From contig CAZIJZ010000004.1 of NCBI GenBank assembly GCA_964539765.1, positions 12,413 through 76,412 on the forward strand: a DNA stretch of 64,000 nt. The letters run 5' to 3'. Below are positions 1 to 7,838 of the stretch, piece after piece. The position numbers and the translations under genes are program-made. The stretch's first letter is position 1. Each line of letters starts with the position of its first letter. The stretch comes from an uncultured Smithella sp. (GTDB lineage: Bacteria; Desulfobacterota; Syntrophia; Syntrophales; Smithellaceae). A model generated the notes under the pieces. The model made no database searches, had not been told where the DNA came from, and saw only the letters and a list, made by a program, of their open reading frames with translations.

Positions 1-1
1 G

Positions 2-445
2 CATGAAATTCACGGCAGCCTGGAAGGCGATCAGGAGCAAACGCCCAAACTGATTTCATCCAGTGTTGTCGCCGTTCTAATTCAGATTGCACTGCTGGAT
101 ATTGTTTTTTCTCTTGATTCCGTCATCACGGCCGTCGGTCTGGCAAAGGATATCTCCATCATGGCCATCGCCATCATCTGTGCGGTCGGTGTCATGCTGT
201 TTGCCGCCAAACCCATCAGCAAATTCGTGGATGCCCACCCAACAATCAAGATTCTTGCTTTGTCATTCCTGCTTCTGGTCGGCGTGACACTGATGGCCGA
301 AGGATTTGACGTTCATGTTCCCAAAGGATATATCTACTTCGCCATGGCGTTTTCCGTGGGCGTGGAAATGCTCAATCTGCGCATGCGCGGCAAACAGATG
401 AAACCGGTTAAATTACACAAGACGGTATATAAGCCTGAATCATAA
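2..445 (+). CDS. TerC-family integral membrane protein, C-terminal part (5-prime end outside window)
   Basis: Frame 2 is open from base 2. The translation ...IALLDIVFSLDSVITAVGL...ILALSFLLLVGVTLMAEGF...YFAMAFSVGVEMLN looks like TerC/Alx-type membrane repeats. ORF-track entry 161..445 covers only the part after an internal Met. Confidence 0.7.
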   Translation, partial: HEIHGSLEGDQEQTPKLISSSVVAVLIQIALLDIVFSLDSVITAVGLAKDISIMAIAIICAVGVMLFAAKPISKFVDAHPTIKILALSFLLLVGVTLMAEGFDVHVPKGYIYFAMAFSVGVEMLNLRMRGKQMKPVKLHKTVYKPES

Positions 446-486
446 GTTACGGAAAGAATGCAGAATATTATAAAAAGGGGAGCGCA

Positions 487-1395
487 ATGAGTAAAATAAG
501 TTTTGAAGGTAAAGTCGTCATTGTGACCGGTGCCGGAGCCGGTCTTGGCCGCGAATATGCACTGGAATTTGCCAGAAGGGGCGCTTCCGTCGTTGTAAAC
601 GATCTGGGTGTCGCCCGTGACGGATCGGGATCAACAAACAACGCCGCCGATGCGGTGGTTACCGAAATAAAAAACTTCGGCGGAAAGGCGGTTGCCAGCT
701 ACGACAGTGTGGCAACGCCCGAAGGGGGCAGCAACATTGTCAAAACCGCGGTGGATACCTTCGGCACGGTCGATGTTCTCGTGAACAACGCCGGTTTTGT
801 ACGAGACAAGTCCCTGGCCAAAATGACGCTTGAGGAATGGGACGCTATCATAAGCGTCCATCTCCGCGGCGCGTTCTGCGTGACTCAACCGGCTCTCGCG
901 GTGATGCGTGAGCACAATTACGGACGGATCATTGTTACCTCTTCCACGTCGGGGCTCTTTGGAAATTTCGGCCAGATTAATTACGGCGCGGCCAAGATGG
1001 GCCTGGTGGGTTTCATGAATGTCCTCAAACTGGAAGCGTCGAAGTTCAACGTTCACATTAACGCCATCGCGCCGACCGCTTATTCCCGGATGACGGAGAA
1101 CCTGATTCCGAAAGAGCTTTCCCCGAAGCTGCAGGCGAAGTTCAATGTGCCTATGGTCGTTTATCTTTGTTCGGAAGAATGCCGAGAAAACGGTTCCATT
1201 TTTACCATGGGCGCCGGCTGGTATGCAAAGACGGCTGTTGTCTGCGCGGCTGGCGCATGCCTGGGAGATGGATCGCGCGACATTCCCGCCGAAGAAGTGC
1301 GCGAAAACTTTGCCAGGATCAGCGATCTGACAGACGCCAAGCCCTTGCACGATTCGATGGGAATTTTTGAGCTCATGGGACCTTTGCTTCAGTAA
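487..1395 (+). CDS. Short-chain dehydrogenase/reductase, MFE-2 (HSD17B4 N-domain)-like 3-hydroxyacyl-CoA dehydrogenase
   Basis: 302 aa. Motifs: VTGAGAGLGREYALEFARRGASVVVNDLG, NNAG and INYGAAK. Colinear from memory with the dehydrogenase domain of multifunctional enzyme type 2. GGGGAG RBS 4 nt upstream. Confidence 0.85.
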   Translation: MSKISFEGKVVIVTGAGAGLGREYALEFARRGASVVVNDLGVARDGSGSTNNAADAVVTEIKNFGGKAVASYDSVATPEGGSNIVKTAVDTFGTVDVLVNNAGFVRDKSLAKMTLEEWDAIISVHLRGAFCVTQPALAVMREHNYGRIIVTSSTSGLFGNFGQINYGAAKMGLVGFMNVLKLEASKFNVHINAIAPTAYSRMTENLIPKELSPKLQAKFNVPMVVYLCSEECRENGSIFTMGAGWYAKTAVVCAAGACLGDGSRDIPAEEVRENFARISDLTDAKPLHDSMGIFELMGPLLQ

Positions 1396-1552
1396 CTTCA
1401 ACACGAAAGATAATATCGCATCGGGCTGAATCACGGGGATGAACCCGGGTCAGGCTGTGGGGAATAGTTCCGCTTGCTCTTTAATGAGCCTTGATTTTAC
1501 GAAACGTAGTGTTCGGAAAATCTTAGAGCGAATAATCCCCTTCGTTAACGAA

Positions 1553-1593
1553 CCAAAATCCCCTTGACACGCAATCACCTGTCTCTTATACTC
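1553..1593 (+). promoter_or_regulatory. Sigma70-type promoter cassette (TTGACA 1564-1569, 17-nt spacer, TATACT 1587-1592) upstream of crotonase 1840
   Basis: Near-consensus -35/-10 with 17-nt spacing. The block AAATCCCCTTGACACGCAA...CTCTCTTATACTC recurs at 7686-7725 upstream of the second crotonase. Confidence 0.6.
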
Positions 1594-1839
1594 GAGCCCG
1601 CTGTAATCAACATCAATGACATAAAGAAAATCGTTTTCTCTGATCAGACGCATTGAACTGCGGATTTGCTCAAATCTGCATTAAGGTGATGTGAAGATCA
1701 GCGAAAGTTTTGATTTTCTAAAGTCCGGGCCAGAGAAAGATCAACGGCCCGTTCAAAATGATCGGAAGATAATTGATTACCGGTTCCCAAGCCTCTTCGG
1801 CAGGACGGAGCCAACCAATACCACACAAGGAGGACTATC

Positions 1840-2607
1840 ATGGGTGAAGCAGTAACAAAAGAAATAAGAGACGGAGTAGCCATATTAGCGATCGACAAAC
1901 CGAAGATGAACCAGCTGAGCGGAGAGGTTTTCGAAGCCATGCGGAAGCATCTCGACGCCGTCGAAGCCGACAAGGCCGTCCGGTGCGTGATCATCACGGG
2001 TGCGGGCGAAAAGGCCTTCAGCGCGGGCGCCGATCTGGCGAGCGGATTCGGTGATTTCAGCGCCGTCGATTTTCTGAAACGCGGACAAGATGTCTGGAAC
2101 AAGGTCGAGTATTTCCCCAAACCGGTCATCGCGGCGATCAACGGACACGCCCTGGGCGGCGGATGCGAACTGGCGATGGCCTGCCACATCCGGTTCATGA
2201 AGAAAGGCGCACGCATCGGCCTGACCGAAACGAATTTGGGAATCATGCCCGGCTACGGCGGAAGCCTGCGGCTGCCGCGGCTCGTCGGCAAATCGAAAGC
2301 CCTGGAAATGATCTACCTGGGCAAGCAGTGTGAGGCAGATGAAGCTCTCGCCATCGGCCTGGTGGACCATGTGACCGAAGGGAACGTCGTGGACACCGCG
2401 CTCGAACTGGCCAACAAGATCGTCAAGAGAGCGCCGCTGGCCGTCGCGGCGGTCACCAAGCTCTGCAACATCAGCCCGAGCATCTCAGCCGAAATACACC
2501 TGAAGATCGAGCGGGAAGAACTCGGAAAACTCTTCAACTCCAAGGACGCGCAGGAAGGCATCGGCGCCTTCTTCGAAAAGAGAGAAGCGAACTTCAAGGG
2601 AGAATAA
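1840..2607 (+). CDS. Enoyl-CoA hydratase/isomerase (crotonase family)
   Basis: 255 aa. Crotonase motifs ITGAGEKAFSAGADL and NGHALGGGCELAMACH. AAGGAGG RBS 6 nt upstream. Confidence 0.9.
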   Translation: MGEAVTKEIRDGVAILAIDKPKMNQLSGEVFEAMRKHLDAVEADKAVRCVIITGAGEKAFSAGADLASGFGDFSAVDFLKRGQDVWNKVEYFPKPVIAAINGHALGGGCELAMACHIRFMKKGARIGLTETNLGIMPGYGGSLRLPRLVGKSKALEMIYLGKQCEADEALAIGLVDHVTEGNVVDTALELANKIVKRAPLAVAAVTKLCNISPSISAEIHLKIEREELGKLFNSKDAQEGIGAFFEKREANFKGE

Positions 2608-2622
2608 GCCATCAACCAATGA

Positions 2623-2658
2623 CAGGAGAGGCGCTTCCTTCTGCAAGCGCCTCTCCTG
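2623..2658 (+). terminator. Terminator-like hairpin after crotonase gene
   Basis: Perfect 14-bp stem CAGGAGAGGCGCTT / AAGCGCCTCTCCTG with an 8-nt loop, 16 nt after the stop codon. No clear U-tract follows. Confidence 0.5.
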
Positions 2659-3263
2659 AACACCGTCAAAGAGTTCAACACAAAGTCGGATCTCTCAACC
2701 GGTCTTTCCCCAGCAAAATCCAGCGCAGGACGGCAATTCGTTGACTTGTAATAAAAAAGAGAGCATCAAACTAACTTTCTTCCTGGAAACAAAGCGTCAA
2801 AAGATTTTTATCGACATGCTTTGTTTCAAACGATACTCAATAATTTTGGGATAGTCCGGCCGGAGACAAAAGACCAGATTAGAATATTCACCCCCTTCAA
2901 GGCAGACCTCCATATGCTGCGGCTCCACCGCATATTGAGGCTAATCGAATCATTTTATACCTTAGGGGCTGTCCTCACCTATCAAGCTAACAACCCGTTA
3001 TTTAACCATTAATCCAATCTTCTCGTTCTAGCTCGGCTGTTGGCAGGCTATGTGCAATTACATTTATATAGTTTTGGTCATCTCAACCAAGATCAAATTA
3101 AAGGTTGAAGCTGATCCGATCGCGAGACGGAGAGGAGAAACTGATTCACGAAGATAGAGAGGTCGTTTTTGCAGCAATCTGTTTAGTTCCCGGAAACAGA
3201 CTGCCATACCTCTGCATTCCAATATTTAGTTAGCGCGCTAATGAAAAATTAGAGGAGGATGCT

Positions 3264-3524
3264 ATGAAAGAACAAACGAAAGAACTGCAAAAACTCAAAG
3301 GAATCGGAGAAATCCTATCGCGGCGCTTAGTCGAATCCAGTTATGATACAATTGCCAAGGTTGCTGCAGCAGAAAAAAAGGGGTTAGAGAGAATAGTGGG
3401 AATGAATCCGCAAACGGTAAGGTCTATCGTAACCCAGGCCAGGAAGATGACGGGAGAAGCTGAGAAAAGACGGCACACATGGTCGAAGGACATTCGCCCC
3501 CAACATTTACCAAATTCAATTTGA
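3264..3524 (+). CDS. Small helix-hairpin-helix domain protein
   Basis: 86 aa. LKGIGEILSRRLVESSYDTIAKVAAA...LERIVGMNPQTVRSIV resembles tandem HhH motifs. GAGGAGG RBS 5 nt upstream. Confidence 0.6.
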   Translation: MKEQTKELQKLKGIGEILSRRLVESSYDTIAKVAAAEKKGLERIVGMNPQTVRSIVTQARKMTGEAEKRRHTWSKDIRPQHLPNSI

Positions 3525-3735
3525 GACTCATCTCTTGTAGTAAAAAATGGATGCCTTAGGAACTGTGGGGTTTGAAATCCTAACCAGATGCAAAGTCAAA
3601 CAAGCTGTAGGCAACATGACCGAGAACAAAAAGTTCAAACGAAAGGGATGAACGAAAGGCCAAGACGAAGGAGTAGTCAAAGGAAGGATGTGAAACTGAA
3701 ATAGATGTTCAACAACGTAAATGGAGGAATTTACC

Positions 3736-3825
3736 ATGAGTACTACAGAAATCATCATTCTAGTCGTCGTGTTGTTCCTGGTGTTCGGCGGTGGCGGCGG
3801 TTACTGGTGGAGCAGACGAGGATAG
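3736..3825 (+). CDS. 29-aa hydrophobic peptide MSTTEIIILVVVLFLVFGGGGGYWWSRRG (below ORF-track cutoff)
   Basis: ATG with GGAGG 7 nt upstream. One TM helix followed by a Gly5-YWW-SRRG tail. A second copy of the coding sequence lies at 5162-5239. Confidence 0.5.
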   Translation: MSTTEIIILVVVLFLVFGGGGGYWWSRRG

Positions 3826-3895
3826 ACGTAACTTCTCACATATTATGACGCAGAAATACAAAATAATTTGAATAGAGGTATGAAAAGAGGAACCC

Positions 3896-4015
3896 GTGAA
3901 AAATTCGAAAATATTTTGTAATCAAGTGGGGAAAATTGGTTACATCCTGCTGTGGCTGTTAGGTGTTCCGATTCCTATTTTGATTGCGATATATCTGGTC
4001 CGTAGCTGCACGTAA
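3896..4015 (+). CDS. 39-aa putative small membrane protein (VKNSKIFCNQVGKIGYILLWLLGVPIPILIAIYLVRSCT)
   Basis: GTG start with GAGGAA upstream and a single strongly hydrophobic helix. Not in the ORF track (<60 aa). The start codon is uncertain. Confidence 0.3.
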   Translation: MKNSKIFCNQVGKIGYILLWLLGVPIPILIAIYLVRSCT

Positions 4016-4019
4016 CAGG

Positions 4020-4439
4020 ATGGAACTCAAAGCGCGCGAAAAGCGCGTTGAGGGCCTCACTATCATATCTTTGACGCCGGCTGAAGCCGCCAGATTCAGT
4101 CAGACCTGGAAAGATTTGCAGGGCCGCTTCGTTGATGACCCCAAGAGTGCGGTCGTCCAATCCGGCGAGTTGGTCCGGGAGTTGATGCTAAAGCGTGGCT
4201 ACCCCATGGGTGATTTTGAGCGCCGTGCGGCCGATATCTCAGTCGATCACCCTGCGGTTGTTGCAAATTACCGGGCGGCGCAGGCCATCACGGTGCGCGA
4301 TGAGCGCGGCGAAACTGACACCGAGGAGCTACGCAAAGCCGTGGTGCATTACCGCGCCCTCTTTGATGAGCTGCTTGAGGTAAAGAAAGCTTGGCAAGAA
4401 GTTGCGCCATTAAATCACCCTTTAAAGACCGCATGTTAA
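4020..4439 (+). CDS. Conserved hypothetical soluble protein
   Basis: The ORF track gives 3984..4439. I prefer ATG 4020 (MELKAREKR...) because 3984 overlaps the preceding small ORF. The codon usage is smooth and the gene is visibly more GC-rich than its flanks. No family recognised. Confidence 0.6.
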   Translation: MELKAREKRVEGLTIISLTPAEAARFSQTWKDLQGRFVDDPKSAVVQSGELVRELMLKRGYPMGDFERRAADISVDHPAVVANYRAAQAITVRDERGETDTEELRKAVVHYRALFDELLEVKKAWQEVAPLNHPLKTAC

Positions 4440-4669
4440 TGAATGATGGACTCCAGTTAAAGGACAAAACGGCCTATGCAGGGTTCGGTTGTTTTGCCAG
4501 GGGAAATTAACAATGAAGGATGAGAACGGTCAAGGATTCCTAAAGAGCGGCTGCAGTAGAATTGCCCGGTGCTGACTCAAACAGGAACATCATAGAGGCG
4601 TTGATAGACTCAAAGGAATGACTCAAAGAAACAAGAAGACTTATTTATAAAGCAAAAAAAGGGTAAGAA

Positions 4670-4855
4670 ACGGGAAAAGGATTGAATGGATTTAAAGACT
4701 ACAGGGATTATCAGTCTTACGCTAAAATATATTTATTCTGACTAGATGGGAATGAACGTAAATGAACATACAATTTTCTCCTTAAACGGCAAGGGGATAT
4801 CAACCCGATTTGTTAAATGCGTAAAATGAGTTTCGTAGCTCATAGTCTAATTTAA
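4670..4855 (+). pseudogene. Decayed paralog of the 61-aa gene at 5316..5501
   Basis: Same length and frame as 5316..5501, with ATG changed to ACG and the AAGGAGG RBS decayed to AAAGGGT. Three in-frame stops: TGKGLNGFKDYRDYQSYAKIYLF*LDGNERK*TYNFLLKRQGDINPIC*MRKMSFVAHSLI* versus MGKGLRGFKGYKDYLSYAQVCLSWMDD...MRQMSLLAHSQD. Confidence 0.75.
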
Positions 4856-4884
4856 ACAAAAGGAGAGTATCGAAAGCCGAAGTC

Positions 4885-5121
4885 ATGTTGTCTGGTAAAA
4901 TAAGAACGTTGCTGGGGAGTGAATCCGTGGATCATAAACAAAAAAAAGACCTGCAGAAGAAGACAGAAAGAAAGCGGAATAATAAGGATAAGAAACAAAG
5001 CGAGAAGACACAAGAACTGGAAGAGGCAAAGGGACCACTCGTCATTCGTCCCGCCTGGTTCGCCGTGGTGGGGTTCATTCTCTCGATGGTGGCATTGCTT
5101 TCCTGGTTTTTTTTCCTTTAG
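4885..5121 (+). CDS. Hypothetical Lys-rich protein with C-terminal TM anchor
   Basis: 78 aa. Highly charged K/E-rich N-terminal part followed by the hydrophobic helix WFAVVGFILSMVALLSWFFFL. No convincing RBS. Confidence 0.35.
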   Translation: MLSGKIRTLLGSESVDHKQKKDLQKKTERKRNNKDKKQSEKTQELEEAKGPLVIRPAWFAVVGFILSMVALLSWFFFL

Positions 5122-5134
5122 TCACAGGCGATTC

Positions 5135-5239
5135 TTGAATGGGCCGCATTCCACAACGTCAGGAATCATCATTTTAGTGGTGGTGTTATTCCCCGTGTTC
5201 GGCGGTGGCGGCGGTTACTGGTGGAGCAGACGCGGGTAG
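5135..5239 (+). CDS. Second copy of the GGGGGYWWSRRG small peptide (possible TTG start, possibly defunct)
   Basis: 5162-5239 encodes GIIILVVVLFPVFGGGGGYWWSRRG*, near-identical to 3736..3825. The ATG is replaced (CCATGAG to CCACAAC). The only in-frame start candidate is TTG 5135, and it lacks a good RBS. Confidence 0.2.
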   Translation: MNGPHSTTSGIIILVVVLFPVFGGGGGYWWSRRG

Positions 5240-5315
5240 GCATCATTTTTCACATATAAGGAATTATTCAAAGAAACAAGAGAACTTATCGATACAGCAA
5301 TAAAGGAGGTAAGAA

Positions 5316-5501
5316 ATGGGAAAAGGGTTGAGGGGATTTAAAGGCTACAAGGATTATCTTTCCTATGCTCAAGTATGTTTATCTTGGATGGACGATAAGG
5401 ACCATCAAAAGCTTTACGAGATGCTATTTAAAAGGAAGGGCGAGATAGAACCGTTTAGTTATATGCGACAAATGAGTTTACTTGCTCATAGTCAGGATTA
5501 A
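5316..5501 (+). CDS. Hypothetical 61-aa protein
   Basis: AAGGAGG RBS 6 nt upstream. It stays intact while its paralog at 4670..4855 is riddled with stops. Confidence 0.5.
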   Translation: MGKGLRGFKGYKDYLSYAQVCLSWMDDKDHQKLYEMLFKRKGEIEPFSYMRQMSLLAHSQD

Positions 5502-5697
5502 ACCAAAGCAGAAAATAAACAATGGGAGAGATGGTCAAACTTACAGGTGTGATTTTGAGTCCGAGCAGTAAGGTTATGGTAATATCTACAAAAAAACCGA
5601 GAAGGATCCCGATTATTTCTTTTACCTGGGGTCAACGAAAAGAAGGGACAGGTAAAACACTCCATCGTAAACGATTGATAACTGGAGGAAGGTTAAA

Positions 5698-5892
5698 ATG
5701 TGGCAAAAATTAAATGACATTAAAAATGGTCATACTGAAAGTGCCTTATTAGAAGTCCCTGGCGGATGGATAGTCAGAACAGTCGTCACCTATTATTCCT
5801 CCACCGGAAGAGGAGCGAGTTGCTCGGTAGCGCAAACCTTTGTGAGTGATCCAAAACATGAATGGGGAGATTTGGAGATAGAAAATCTCTAA
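5698..5892 (+). CDS. Hypothetical 64-aa protein
   Basis: GGAGGAAGG RBS 5 nt upstream and a non-repetitive globular-looking sequence (ALLEVPGGWIVRTVVTYYSS...). No family recognised. Confidence 0.45.
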   Translation: MWQKLNDIKNGHTESALLEVPGGWIVRTVVTYYSSTGRGASCSVAQTFVSDPKHEWGDLEIENL

Positions 5893-5914
5893 AGAAAGGG
5901 GAGAGGTACATCAA

Positions 5915-6541
5915 ATGACTACAAGTACCCCCAAAAAACCGTTCTCTATGATTCGAGAGTTCCAGTTGGCAGACTGGTTCACTCTCGCGAACGCTGTCTG
6001 TGGCACAAGTGCACTCTTCTCCATCATAACATATCTTGAACAGCATGATGTCAGACACATCTATTTTTCGTGCAGTCTCGTCTTGGTTGCACTGATATTC
6101 GACTTCTTAGACGGCCGCATCGCCAGATGGCGGAAGAAGACTTCAATATTAGGTCGGGAACTGGACTCACTTGCTGATATTATCTCCTTCGGCGTAGCCC
6201 CCGCAATCATCGGGTATGGCTGCGGTATGCAAGGTCTTTACGATCGCATCGTCTTGGTTTTCTTCGTTGCCTGCGGGGTCTCGCGCCTTGCCCGGTACAA
6301 CGTCACGGCAGAAACACTGTCCCAGGGAACTGACAAGGTGAAGTACTTCGAGGGGACACCAATACCGACTTCGATCCTCCTCGTCTTGATTCTCGCACTG
6401 GCGGCGCGGTCCGGTGCCATAAACCAGAATTTATGGTTCGGCGAGATCACTCTTTTCAGCTTCAAACTTCATCCACTCGTTCTCATGTTTGCACTTTCGG
6501 GTTCGCTGATGATCAGCCGATTCCATATCCCTAAGCCATGA
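5915..6541 (+). CDS. pssA: CDP-alcohol phosphatidyltransferase, most like CDP-diacylglycerol-serine O-phosphatidyltransferase
   Basis: 208 aa, multi-TM. Exact D-G-x2-A-R-x8-G-x3-D-x3-D motif in DGRIARWRKKTSILGRELDSLAD. GGGGAGAGG RBS upstream. Confidence 0.75.
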   Translation: MTTSTPKKPFSMIREFQLADWFTLANAVCGTSALFSIITYLEQHDVRHIYFSCSLVLVALIFDFLDGRIARWRKKTSILGRELDSLADIISFGVAPAIIGYGCGMQGLYDRIVLVFFVACGVSRLARYNVTAETLSQGTDKVKYFEGTPIPTSILLVLILALAARSGAINQNLWFGEITLFSFKLHPLVLMFALSGSLMISRFHIPKP

Positions 6542-7123
6542 GAATATAACAAGAGACCGAACCCTTTCGACAAGCATTAAGCTGACTTTCAAGCCGCTAT
6601 CATTGATTCTCAGTGATGCTGCCATATGTGACTTTGTAAGTAGTGGCAAGAACTTCCGGCAATCCTTAATTGTTTTAAACCTGACAATTGTTTCTTTGTA
6701 GGTGGAGACCAACATAGTTCATGTAATATTTTCGTAATAAATATTTGTTGATTAACGGCTGAAAGATGCGGCAGCAGAGTTACTGGTTTTTTATCTCTCC
6801 CTCTCATGGAAGCCTCCCTGTTATCCACACAACGTCAAGATCAAAAATTATACTGCCTTTCAATCCACAACAAATACAGTTCATATCAGACAAATACAGG
6901 CGCAGCTCTTGTATTCATGATGAGTCATGCTTATATTATAGATACGAGATACTGCGATGCCCGTATTGAGTCTATTCTACTGGAAGTTAACAAAAAAGAA
7001 GTAAAAGAGTCTTTGTGGTGATTATCACCCGTAAAAGACATAGAATTAGAATGATGGACTCCAGTAAAATGACAAGACGGCATATGCGGGTCTCGGTTTT
7101 TTTTAACAACAAAGGGATCACAA

Positions 7124-7510
7124 ATGGAAAAGCAAGCTGAACATCAAGTCTCGTCATCTGTTAATGAAGGAATATTAGAATTTATTTTAACAGGCGAAAT
7201 ATTAGAGAGAGAAATTGATTCAATGTTAAAAGAATTTAACGCTATTGTTTTAGCAAGTGGCGTAAATTATATTTTATTGGATGTCCGTGCTATAAAAGGA
7301 CGCTACGGATTAGCGGGAGCCTATGAGCGTGTCAGAAGTCATCCACCAGAATTTTACGGTAGAATAAAGGTGGCCATGGTAGACCTTCCAGAAAATTCTG
7401 ATTACCGTGATTTTCACGAGACTACAGCACGCAATGCAGGTCTTAACTTGAAATGGTTTAACGATACCGATAAGGCGAGAACCTGGCTGAAGAGCAAATC
7501 AAAGTATTAA
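7124..7510 (+). CDS. Hypothetical 128-aa soluble protein (possibly a STAS/SpoIIAA-like fold; not confirmed)
   Basis: Clean ORF with AAAGGGA upstream. An alternating alpha/beta pattern gives only a weak family impression. Confidence 0.55.
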   Translation: MEKQAEHQVSSSVNEGILEFILTGEILEREIDSMLKEFNAIVLASGVNYILLDVRAIKGRYGLAGAYERVRSHPPEFYGRIKVAMVDLPENSDYRDFHETTARNAGLNLKWFNDTDKARTWLKSKSKY

Positions 7511-7685
7511 AACATAAAATCTGCAAGGCTGCTCTCTTTCAACCCGTTATTATCAATTCAGACGACTGTTTGATATTGTCGATAAGTAGATATTAGAAAA
7601 AGTCAAACTAACTTCCTAAAATAAGCATATTACCATTCTCACCAAACGATACTGAACTTCAATTCTTCATTCTATTTTTTGCGTC

Positions 7686-7725
7686 CCAAATCCCCTTGAC
7701 ACGCAACAACCGCTCTCTTATACTC
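7686..7725 (+). promoter_or_regulatory. Second copy of the crotonase promoter cassette (TTGACA 7696-7701, 17-nt spacer, TATACT 7719-7724)
   Basis: CCAAATCCCCTTGACACGCAACAACCGCTCTCTTATACTC, about 115 nt upstream of ATG 7839. It shares about 35 of 40 positions with 1553-1593. Confidence 0.6.
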
Positions 7726-7838
7726 ACATCGTCAAGCGGTTAAATGATTTTATAAAACATAAAGTCGACCGACGGAGGAGCCGTTATTTGAAGCGCCGGT
7801 TAACTCAAGAAAATTCAGTATAGAAAAGGAGTGCATAC

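Noticed and set aside
631-1434. Long antisense ORFs inside confirmed genes: 631..1434(-), 23811..24488(-), 30557..31438(-), 49380..50099(+), 51294..52097(+), 59609..60448(+), 62149..62736(+), 41171..41641(-)
   Set aside because: Each lies entirely opposite a gene with strong family motifs, and each has the Arg/Gly/His-rich composition typical of shadow ORFs in moderately GC-rich coding DNA.
1450-1653. 67-aa minus-strand ORF
   Set aside because: It is overlapped by the near-consensus plus-strand promoter cassette (1553-1593) that is duplicated at 7686. It has no RBS and no recognisable family.
4919-5239. 106-aa ORF fusing an out-of-frame overlap of gene 4885 with the second small-peptide copy
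   Set aside because: The N-terminal two-thirds is an alternative frame of the Lys-rich gene with an Arg/Lys-rich artefact composition. Only the last 26 codons are meaningful, as a copy of 3736..3825.
5522-5713. 63-aa ORF rich in Lys, Arg and Gly
   Set aside because: Poor coding appearance. It overlaps the better-supported 5698 gene start, and its similarity to anything is unknown.
6550-7020. Several 60-94-aa ORFs on both strands in an AT-rich gap (6431..6715-, 6610..6828-, 6766..6969+, 6806..7021+)
   Set aside because: They overlap each other, have no RBS, and have a low-complexity AT-driven composition (Ile/Lys/Ser/Tyr-rich). The region is more likely non-coding or decayed DNA.
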